Below are positions 14,819 to 26,800 of a stretch of DNA of 64,000 bases, piece by piece (the stretch's first letter is position 1; each line of letters starts with the position of its first letter). Position numbers and translations under genes: made by a program. The DNA comes from Bugula neritina (lineage: Eukaryota > Animalia > Bryozoa): positions 11,056,463 to 11,120,462 of the forward strand of contig OZ037770.1 of assembly GCA_964035545.1 (NCBI GenBank). The letters are read 5' to 3'. The notes below the pieces were generated by a model, which saw nothing but the letters and a program-made list of their open reading frames with translations, was not told where the DNA came from and did no database searches.

Positions 14819-17800
14819 ATGGCAACTGCTGCAAGTTCGGATCCAATAAAAAGAGAGTGTGGTTTCTGTCTGCGAGTAGATGATGATTTGGTGGGTCCTA
14901 AGCAACTTCCCTGTTCTCATGTACACTGTGGTCCATGTCTTAAAGGAGCCTTCAATGTGGCAAGAATACTGAAGTGTCCCCATTGCAGGTTGTACCATAC
15001 GTCTTTTCAAATAATGGGTATGAAACATGTTTTAGAAGACCTGTGGTTTAGTAACATATGATACATTTGACAATGTAATGTATTAGGCATTGTCATAAGC
15101 AACAAATAATTCTTAAGCTCGACTGCAGTGGCATGCATTAAAATAGTAACACTTTGTTTAGTGAATGATCACTTTTTCTGGGCAACATAGTTCATCTTAT
15201 AGCAGGTTGCAGCTAGCGCCTAGGGCCGGCGTTAGCATAAGCCTAGTGTGACACAAGTAATGGGTTTGAGTTTGAGTCATTGGTAATGTCAGGAAGAGTA
15301 TCTAATCACAATTGCTCTTGTGTTATGGTAAAAGTTAGGATCATTGGAAAGTTCTGCAAACATCTTTGACATCGGTTTATACCCCATCAAATGCTTTTAG
15401 GCACTTAAGTTTTCTGCTTCTCTTGTAAAACCAATAGGTCTACAATGCATGCAATATGTTTAGAAATCCTTGTAATTCACAATAAAATGTAAGATAGCAA
15501 GTTGTTTTCAAAATAATAATATATTTTAAAAAAAGAGCCAATTCAAATAAATTCCCTTTAACTGCTGGTGGCTTAAGTAGGGGACATTCCGATATTATAA
15601 GAGATATTCGTGTTGTCCTTAATCGCCCTCAAGTTATTAAAAATTGTTTCATACACTTAATTCAAAATCTTTTGGTCAGCATTACATTTATTGTGTGAAA
15701 TCCCTCTTAATATTTAGTTTTTTTTTTTAAAATATTCATAAAAATATATGTTTTTCCATTAGTCTCTGACAAATATACCTAGGTACTCTTTTTCTCGCTA
15801 TGAGTCATCATCTCGGTGAAAAATGCTGTTTGCAGTGAAATATTTGAAGAAGATGTGAACAATTTGCTTTCAACTGAAAAGCCTATAGAAGATTCCTTAC
15901 GAATAAAATGCGATCTATGTTATAAGAAAAAGGGAGAAAGTGTTGCAGCTGTTATTTGTTGCGCTTCATGCGAACAAAATTACTGCCTCTCACACAAGGA
16001 GGTTTGGTGTTGGTTATTGTATTGTGCATAAGGTTATATTATTTTGTTGTAGCTATTTTGAACAAGTCTGAATGTGCTCAAGCTGGTTGGTTAGCGAAAG
16101 AGGCCAAAGCCATGTTTTATTTCCGCAATATACAATACAATTTAATACTAAAACTATAAAATAAGTGAAACAATTGATTATTATCATTATTATGCACAAA
16201 AGTAGTAAGTTAATAAAATAACACTACACATAATTATTTACATAAATACCAAACATCCTCACATAATTGACAGATGCTGGGTAGGCGTGAATGTCTTAAG
16301 ATGACACATAGTCTGACATCCAACTAGGGGGCTTCCGAAATCTGGTTGAACGCCGCAAGTTGTCGCTATGATTGGCACTCCCAGTGGTTTCAATCTCGGT
16401 TCCGTCAGACTTTTTTTTAAGACTCTTAGGTTTCTCAAGACTTGCTGCTTCCGTGACAAGCGGTTTGATATCTCGCCAGTTTCTTCGTAGGAGATTGCTG
16501 TTGAGCTGCACGGCATAGGCTCTGCTAGTTAATTGTTTGCTTATTTGTATCTCCCGCCATTTTTTCCAGTGTTGACTCCAGTCTTGATCCAAAACTGGTT
16601 GCCCTTCTTCCAGTGCTGCCAAATCTTTTGCGTTGTTATTAAATCTCTGCTGCAGCATTTTGCTGCGGCTTTACTTTTTCCAATAGCATTGATTGTGGTC
16701 TGTTTCTAGCGTGAATTGGGGTAGAACTGATCTGGTTGGTCTTCCAATAAGCTGTTGAATGGGACGGGTCGTTTCTGCTTTTCAGCCAATTGTAGAATTT
16801 CAGACACACCACCAGCTCTCCATATCTATCATCATCAATTTAATGGAAAAGCAGAGTTTGCTGTGAAAATTGTTAAATGCATACTTCACAGTTGTGCAAA
16901 GCCCGAAATTGCTCTGTTAGAACATCCAAATATCGCCAAGGAAGACCTGACGGCCAGTTTGAAGTAGTTGAAGAAACTTATTCTGAAGTGCCTTTGAAAT
17001 AATAGCTGTTAGCCCTTTGTAAACAATTCCATTGTCGATAGATAGTTCATCTTGGAAGTATTTGTACCAGTCATAAATGGTGCACTTGGGAGTGTACTAG
17101 TCATGTTTAATAAGGTTTGTCAGTGTCATAAGTTCATTGTCTTATGCAGTAGTTGTCCTAATGTCAATTATCAATTCACCACAAAAACGAGAATTATTAT
17201 TTTGAGAGTCAATGTGGAAGATGTATTCTGGTAGTTGATAGTTGGGCGAGTCAAAGTATGAGTCTCTTGAGAGTAAGTCGACGGTGATCTGTCCAGCACC
17301 CTTTTGCCAAGTTACCTTAACGTTAGAGTATCTTTGTAAGTGAAGATGCATAGCCTACAACCTCTGAGATGTCTTATGAATAGATTTTCTGAAAATAGAG
17401 ACTAGGGGTTTGTGGTCAGTCTAGAATAATGACAGCATGGTAACCAAAGATATACTGGTCATAGTGCTCAGGGCCAAAAACACGCAAGTTCTAACAATAC
17501 ATAGTTCGGTCCTGATTTTGTTAAACTGTGGGATGCATATGCTACAGGCTTGCCTCCTTGAATGAGTGTTCCACCCACATCAGCATTTGAAGCGTCAGTT
17601 TGTATAGTAACTGGTTTGTTACACTCAAGTATTGTAAAGTTTTTGAGTCAGTTAGTAAAGTTTTCAGTCTATTAAAGTGTTCATTTGGTCATCAGTCCAG
17701 TGAACGTCTTAAACATTGTCTTGTGTCAGTAAACGTCGTAGTGCTTTATATTCCAATGCAAGATTGTTAATAAATTGTTACATGTATGTGATGTGACCTA

Positions 17801-20800
17801 GGAATCATTTTACTTCATGTAGATATGGGGGATTCATCTTGAGAATGGCGTTCACTCCGTTAGGATTTGATATAAGTCTATTAGTTGCCAGTATGTGTCC
17901 AATGTAAGGTAGTTCATCTTGAAGGAAGCGGAGTTTTTTCTTGTTCAGTTTCAGTCCTATCTGTCGGGCATGTTTGAAGAGTGCTTGAATGTTTCTATCA
18001 TGCTCTTTCCTTGTCTTTCCAAAATTGTGGATGTTATCTGCAGCAATATTTATGCCATCTAGACCAGCAAGATTTTTTGTGAGCCTTCTGAGAAATTCCT
18101 CCTCGGCCCTGATGCAATTCTAAAGGGTAGCCTTAGGTATTTATATTTTCCTATGGGAGTCCAGATAGTTGTCAAGTCTGTAGATTCTTCAGCTAGAAAA
18201 ATTTGATAGACACCTTTATTGGCATCACACAAGGGAAAAACTTGGCACCGTTCAGTTGTGGTAGAACATCTTCTAATATTGGCATGACAGCTTGGTTTCA
18301 TTTGATTGCTTGATTAAAGTTTTGTGGATCTATGCAGATGCCTAATTTTCTATTAGGTATGTGAAATGGCTGTAGATGGCTTATCCAGTCTGTAGGTCTT
18401 TCTACTTTGGTGATAATATGGCACTGTTCCAGTTCAAAAATAGCATTGATGAGGTCTGATATCATTGGCAAAGTCACCTTCTGCGGTTGCACTTCCGCTG
18501 GTATAGCTTCAGCTTTAAGTTCTATCTTATATTCCTGCTCAAATTTTCAATGTCCGATAAATATGTCATCAAAGTCAATGAGTATAGTTTGAAGGTCTGA
18601 GTCAGTAGTGGCAAAGTTTACATTTTTACTTTCGGTGTTAGGCAGTTGTAAGAGATCCAAATGCAAACATGACTTCCATGACAGCAAGCTGTGTTGAGTG
18701 ATTTCTACAACTAGGAATCTCAAGGTAGTGTAATTTTCTTGCTTGTTTTGTATATGTATGGGTGTCCACCGTGGTGGTGCACACTTGCTCTGGTCATGCA
18801 AACTTAGTACAGTATCAGCCGGTATCGGTATCAGTATCAGTAAAGTATTACAGGACGCACCAGTGTCAAGTTGCAATTCAATGTCATAAACAGTGTCTCC
18901 TGCTTAGCAGTGAGCATGGCTAATAATTTGCAGTCCCATACTGAATTGGCAATAGTACTTACATGCTGAGAGCCACTGTCTGAAGAGTAGTTCCAGGTGA
19001 ATTGATTAGCTGTTTCAATTGAGACCCAATAATGATGCTTGTGTGACTTGCAGTGTGACGCAAAATAGTTAAACTTCATGCAATGGTTGCACTGTTTTCC
19101 ATATGTTGGGCAAGCTCGAGGAGGGTGGTTGTTTCCACAGTTTCCACATTTAGAATCGCCAAGTGAACTTTTGCCATTGGTCTGCGAGTGCACAAAAGCT
19201 ATTCTTTGTGTTTATCACGAGTGTAATCTGGGTGGTATTGATAAGTCGGAAGTCTAATTCTATGCTTTACCAAGTTTACTTGTTTGAGTCTACAGGTGTT
19301 ATCATTAGTCTAAAGTTGCTTTTATACCTTCACGATTTTCGTTCAGAAATTCAATTTGGCCGGGTCAAAATTTCTCAGAGTTGCATTGCATTGTAAAAGC
19401 CACTCATAAAAATTTTTGTACTGTGATAACCTAATCGGCCGTTTTCAAAATAGGAGTAATAACTCCTTGTAAACATCGTTATTTAGTTATAATTATACAG
19501 TCTACGCCTTCTCAATTATCGCTTTTGTGCTGTCCACTTCACTGATTCACGACGTTTACAAAAGGCATTAAATAGTTATTATGCGAGTCAAATTTCAATT
19601 TTAGAAAGTGAGCATCCGCATCAATATGATTTCAATGAGTTTCAGTGTGACTATAAAGGGGTACCCGGACAAGTATTATTAGCTTAAACTCGGTATTTTT
19701 TTCAGCAGAGGTATAAACCCAACTTAAGTTTTGTAGTTAATTGCTGATGCCTCTTCCCGTCTACAGAGTTCAATTGTTTTGTCAACGTCAGAGCTAGTCA
19801 AGTTAAACAGTTTTTTTCTAATTATGTCACTTTCAATCCCTAGTATAAGTGTTTGTAGTATTAGTGTAATCGGAAGAATGTCTTTCAAGTAACATAGTCC
19901 TGCAATAATATGTAGTTCGGTCAAAAATTTGTTAATAGTTCTATTCCCTTGCCTACAAGTCAGTAATGAGTGAGTCTTAGCCACCAAATTTAGTCTTGGT
20001 TTGAAGTATCCGTCGAGTTGCTTCACCACTTTGTCGTAGTCAGCCTTGTCATTGTCGTCCGTCTAGTTGAATAATTCATATTTTTGGTTGCCTCGGCAAC
20101 CGGCAGTTCATAGTAGGTATGCAGTCTTCACTTTGATTTTGTTTTCGACGTTATCTTTTGCGGTGGCAGCCAGAAAAAGTTCGAAATCTTGTTTATAATT
20201 TCCTCAGGTAGATTTGGTCCATCTGCTAATGGTTTTGGTGCTAGTGATTGCTCCATGTTGTCTAAGTGCCTTTTAAAGAATGATTAAACTCCAGGCACCA
20301 TGTTTTGTGTAAGTTATGTTATTTTGTTGTAGCTATTGTGAAAGAGAGTAAACGTGCTCAAGTTAGTTGATTAATGGAAGAGGGCCAAACCGTGTTATTT
20401 CTACATTATACAATACAATTTAATACTAAAATTATAATATAAGTGAAACGTTTGATATTATTATTGTGGTGGCTCGTGAAGCTACCAGCAGCACAACAGG
20501 CAGGGTCGCGTAATTGACCCGGAACAATGGATAGCCAATTAGCGTGTTTAATAGTTAGCAGCAATTATAGTTTTCCCGCTGCTAACTCAGTCGAAGTTAG
20601 AGTGCTGAATAGTCTAGATGTGTAAATTGTCAGATGTATTTGTATCGTTTTGTAATGTATCATTGTGTTTAAAATATATACTCGTTCACTCGACTTATCC
20701 TGGTGCAGTTCTATAGCAAGTAATTAGACTCTCTGGATTGCATATCAACCCTAATTCTGGAAAACATAACAGTGGTGGCAGCAGTGGGATAGTGCATCCA

Positions 20801-23800
20801 AGATGGAGACTGAAAATGCTGGAACGCAACCACCGGCAGTAGAAGGTGAGCGTAGAGACAATGCTGTAGAGACAATGCCTGTTAACCATGTAGTAGAAGA
20901 GCGAAGGGTTCCGCGAGAACTAACTGAAGACCGCTACCGGTTAAAGGCGCCCACCTTCACGGGCGAAGAGGAGGTGGAACAATTTAGCCAAGAGTTTAGC
21001 GACGTAATGGACGTCGCCCAGTGGCCCCCTAGGGTGGCCCTGCTGAAGCTTAGAATGGCATTGATGGACAAAGCCAAGCCTTATGGGCTGGGCGTAGACA
21101 TTAATAATATCTTTGCTTCTCTGCGGGCCCGCTTCGGCCTCTCTGCTACAGATGCCAGGGCCCGATTGCAGAGGTTGCGGCGTGATCCCCGCACCCCGCT
21201 GCAGGAGCACGCCGCCCTGATCATGAAGCTGGCACAGATCGCGTACAGCGACTTGCCCCCAGTCAACCGCGAGAGGTATACCCTCGACGCTTTCATAGCA
21301 TCTGTCGACGATTTGGGTCTCCACCACCAGTTTTTAGCTAAGGGAGTCACCACCGTTGAAGATGCTCTGACTGAGGAGGAAGCTTACCTCCTAGCTAATC
21401 AAATGCATAAAAGTCGCGAGAGCTCCCGTCAAGTGGAGGTAGACCGCGCGAACACGGCCGCGGGACAAGAGGAGGAAACCTCCGCCACAGCTGCCGTGTC
21501 CCAGTTAGCGACAGCATCGAAAGTCACTCAACTGACAGACATGCTGGCCAAACTGATAGCAACACTGACACCCCAAACCCCAGTAAGTACCGCCGCTGAG
21601 CCCGTACGGCCACCGGCGCCGCCACAGGGAGAAACAGTCAGTTTTTGCTGGGAATGCGGAAATCAAGGACATTTCCGCCGATACTGTCCCTTCCTAATTC
21701 CGGCGTTAAACTACCGCGGCCCGCAGATGTTCCCACCTCCTGCGGGCCGACGATGAAACCTCCAGGGAAGAAGAAACGCAGGTCACCCAGACGGGTACCG
21801 CGTACTGGTAACCAACAGTGGCAACAGCCACGAGGGACCAGCAAGGGGCTCCGCCCCGCCGCTACCTTTTCCGTGCCCCTTCACAACAGATTCACAGGGC
21901 TACAAGCCCAAGAATCTGGATGGGAGCCCACAAAGGTAGCCGGGAATCTAGCCTCGGCACCCCCGAGGCCTACTTACCACCGTTCCAAGAGACCTCCTTC
22001 GCGACCCAAAGCGAGGGAGGTACCCCCTGCGAGAGTAAGGCCTGAAGGGAGAGTTCAGGTGCAGCCCCATGGGAACAGCTATTTCTTGCCCGGTAAACTG
22101 GAAGGCAAAGCTGTTACTTTCCTCATTGATTCGGGCTGTACCACAAACCTCTTAAGCCGCCAACTCTTTGACACCCTCAGTGCTAGGGTCAGGGGCGAGA
22201 TGGAATCATACGAGGGGGAGTATGGCACCCTAGCTGACGGGTCGTGCCTTCCCTTCTATGGTATAATTGAGCTGACGGGACGAGTCCGTGATCAAACGAT
22301 CCAAGAGACGTTCATCGTCAGTCAGCTCAAGGAGGACGCCATCCTCGGGATGCCATTCCTAAAACGGCACGGATGTCACATCGATTTTAGTAAATCTGCG
22401 ATGATGATGTCCGGGCGAGAACTCGCCTGCGTCGACAAGTTCGGCCGCCCTTTAGTGGGAGGTGTGCAGGTGGTACGCAACCGTACCATACCAGGCCGCT
22501 CCCGGGCTACCATTCACTGCAGGGTGAACAATAGCCGGATCTCTGGACTCGGGGTAGTTGAAGGCGCGCACGAAAAGATCCAACTTGCCAGCAGTCTGAA
22601 TCAGCTGACTGAGCAAGGGGAGATCTTAGTGCAGTGCGTCAACCCCTTTACCGAGTCTGTCAAGCTTCCGGCTGGGTCGATGCTGGGCCGTTTTCACTCT
22701 GTTCAGGAGGAGGACGTAGGCCCGTCGCTGGGTGATGCGACGGAGGCATTCCCTCGGTGCCCTACTCCAGGGCGAGGGACAGTCCCAGCACATCTCCGGG
22801 AGTTGTATGACACAGCCTGTAGCGGCTGCGCGAGTAACAAAGAACGCCAAGCTATGGCGAAGTTACTACGCAACTACGGGGATGTGTTCAGCAGCGGAGA
22901 TCATGACGTGGGACTGACTGGAATTGTCAGACACGAAATACCGCTGACTGCAGGGACAGTCCCTGTCCGGCAGCCCACACGTAGGCTGGGGCCGGAGAAA
23001 GAGAAGGAGGTTAGCCGACAAGTACGGGATCTTCTGGACCGGGGACTGATAGAGCCCGCCCATAGTGCGTGGAGCTCGCCGGTTGTACTGGTCCGGAAGA
23101 AAGACGGCAGTTGGCGGTTCCGTGTGGATTACCGCAAACTCAATAGCGTAACCATACAGGACGCCTACCCTCTACCTCGTATTGACGAGTCGTTGGACGC
23201 CCTAGCCGGCAGCAAGTACTTCAGTACGTTAGACTTGCTGAGTGGCTATTGGCAAGTCCCTCTGAGTCCCGACGCCCAGGAGAAGGCGGCGTTTATCACA
23301 CGGGACGGTTTGTGGAAGTGGAAGGTGTTGCCTTTCGGGTTGACCTCCGCCCCAGCCACCTTCCAAAGGCTGATGGAGCAAGTCCTCAGCGGGCTCCATT
23401 GGAAGACACTGCTGATCTACCTCGATGATGTCATCGTGATCTCCACAGACTTCGAGACGCATGTCAGTCGTCTGCAGGAGGTCTTTGAGAGACTCCGAGG
23501 TGCCGGTCTTAAGCTCAAACCTTCTAAGTGCGCTCTATTGCAGCCAGAGGTTAAGTACCTGGGGCACGTTGTCGGTCGAAACGGCGTGGCAACGGATCCC
23601 GAAAAGGTACGGGCGGTAGAAGACTGGGTCACCCCCCAAGACTTGACCGGACTCCGGGCTTTCTTGGGGCTGGTAGGGTATTACAGGCAATACATACCAG
23701 ACTTTGCGGGCATAGCACAGCCGTTAAATCGGCTCACCGCAAAGGGAGTGACGTGGCAGTGGACCCCAGTCGAACAAGGAGCGTTCGACCGCCTCAAGGG

Positions 23801-26800
23801 CTGCCTACTAACGGCGCCCATCTTGGCCTACCCAGACCCCACTCTGGAGTACATCCTCGACACTGACGCCAGTGACCAAAATGTTGGCGCTGTGCTGTCT
23901 CAAGTGCAGGAAGGCCGAGAAGTAGTAGTAGCCTACTACAGCAAGTCTCTCTCACCCACTGAACGAAATTACTGCACTACCCGCAAGGAGCTGCTGGCAG
24001 TAATCAAGTCAGTGAAGCACTTCAGACCATACCTATATGGCAGGAAGTTCCGGCTGCGTACGGATCATGCCTCGCTGATCTGGTTGTGCAAGAGAGCAGA
24101 GCCCTCTAGTCAGGTCGCCTGGTGGCTCGAAATCCTAGCTGAATTCTCATACCGGATCGAACATCGACCGGGCAAGAGACACAGCAATGCGGATGGTTTG
24201 AGTCGCCGACCTGATGGAGGTTGCAAACAGTGTCTTAACATCGAGAGGAGGGATGGAGGTCCCCCGCGATGCGAGTTGGAGACGCTGGCTCACCACAGAG
24301 CACCGTTTGACTGGGACCAGGGTCAACTCAGACAGGAGGTTGATGAGTCCCCGGAGGTTGTACAAAACCTCCGCGCCAACCCTGTACTGGCCGATAATGT
24401 CCGAGAACTGAAGAAGCTCCAAGAAAAGCTGCCTGGAGTCGTGGCAGACATATATCGGGCCAAAAGGGAAGGGCGACGACCCAGCGAGGAACGCATACGA
24501 CAGGGATGCGCCGAGTTCCGGCTATACTGTCAGCGTTGGGACTCGCTGCGGATCGGGCAGGATGGGTTACTAACCATCTCTCTAGCCGCCAGCGGCAGAC
24601 ACCCGGAAAGGAAGAGGGTAGTCTGCCCCACTGCCATCCGCCGTGAGTTGATTTGGGATACTCACAAACAGGCCCACGCAGGGGTCAAGAGAGTGATATC
24701 CAAATTACGACTCCGGTGGTATTGGCCACAAATGGAGCGTGACGTCCGACTCAGAGTCAAACAGTGTGAGATCTGCCAGGCCAGTAAGCATAGCCGTCCC
24801 CCTGGTGAAGCAGGACGGCGGAGGTTATATGCTGGAAGGCCCTGGCAAGTAGTCGCTGTAGACCTGGTCGGACCCATGCCCCTGACCCCCAGAGGCAATA
24901 GTTGGATCTTAGTACTAACCGACCACTTTACTAGGTGGGCGGATGCTCTGGCTATCCCAGATGCGTCAGCCCCAACAGTGGCCAGGGCACTAGACCAACA
25001 TGTATTCTGTTATTTTGGTCTCCCCGAACAGATAAACTCTGATCAAGGCGCTCAATTCCAGTCTCAACTGATGAGCGACCTTTGCCACCTCTGGGGAGTA
25101 AATCAGAGCCGGACCACCCCCTACCACCCTCAAGGTAACGGGGTGGTGGAGCGCAACAACCGGATGTTAGGTAATGCGCTCCGGAGTCTCCTCCTTGGAC
25201 GCGGCCAAGAGGAATGGGATACGGTGTTGCCGCAAGTCATGCGTGCATACCGTAGCACCCCACACACCAGTACTGGTGAAACCCCAAACCTCTTGATGCT
25301 CAGGAGAGAGACTCGTGTCCCTGACCATCTTACCTACCACGTTTCAGAGCAAGACAACTCGGTTCACGAGTATGCCAGTGAACTAGTGGAACGGATGAAG
25401 GCCGCACACGATATACTGCGCGAACAGCAGTGGAAGGTGCGGCACGAAGATTCCGAGGAACCACCTCTCTACCAAACGGGAGATAAGGTGTGGATGGTCA
25501 ATTACCGTAGGCGTCGCGGGCAGGCTGACAAACTAAAGCCTAAGTTCGTAGGACCCTACGTGATCGTCGAGGCTATGCCCAATCATACATACAAGATTGA
25601 GCGCTCAGGACAGGTGTCTATCCAGAATGAGTCTCGCTTGAAACCGTATTGGGCTAGCCCCGACGCAGTGGGAGAAGCCCCCCCGTTGTTGGAGCCCAGG
25701 AGGCAGACAACAACACGCGGGCGACGGCGGCATGGACCTGAATACGAAGTGGTCATACCGCGGGAAGAAAACTTGGTGAGAGAGGAGCGACAGCTTTTGC
25801 CAAGCAAATGTGGGAGTTGTCAACACCACGAAAATATCAACTTTTGTATCGGCGGAAATAGAAACAAAATTCATCCGCCGGGTGCACAAAGTCTTAATCA
25901 CGCACCCCAACCACGTTGCTCGATCTTTTCATACGCTGATGCAGTCAGGAGTAGACGTGTTTCTAAGCAGTAGTTCAAACCATTTCACAAATTCAGTATG
26001 TCTTACGACAACAGATCGTGGGGTGAGTTAACTATATCTTAATATGAAAACTAGATTGCATCGCTCAGCTCCGACTCACTGAGTCAATCGAGCTGGAGAT
26101 AGGTTAGTGAAATACCGTAGTAAGAACTCAGTTTGACTTAGAGATTTTTATAATCTCATTGCAATACGTGTTCTATCTGACTATTCACTACCATAAATCT
26201 CTACGAGGTAACTGAATGAGGAGTTGCCAGGCTATTCAAGCCAACAACACGGCAGTGTACTGTATTAACACTGTTGAAACTTTTTCAGATTACACTCGAC
26301 CCGCTACAACCAGGGTACGGGATAGAGCACTTCCCGCTCCGCATCCTGAGGAGTATGCCAATGGTGACCGGTCCGAGCCACTGCGCCGCCGTTGGCGGTG
26401 GGTGTCTCCAGAAACAGAGGAGGAAATAGAAACGGCCTGGGGGTCCAGAGGACGGACGCGATGCCAGATTTGTGGCGAAGAATGTGCCTCTCACCGCTCC
26501 TTGAAGCTACATGTCAACGCCCATCTCTTACTCACATTCTGCCCCTGCGGATACAATGATGTCTACCCCTACCCCGTCACCAGACATCGAGCGACAGGCT
26601 GTTTCTCTGGAGAGAATTACGTGGTGGATGCCAAGCTCTATCCAGAATTCCTCACTCTGATACGACCCCTAGTAAAGAAGGCAATGCTGTTAGCCGTCCT
26701 GACCTCGGATTTCCAACGCGTATTAGACTATGCCAGACAACAATCCCCATTGGTATCTGACCGCCCTCAGATTGCGTACACCCCCGAAGAGTTTGCCTAT

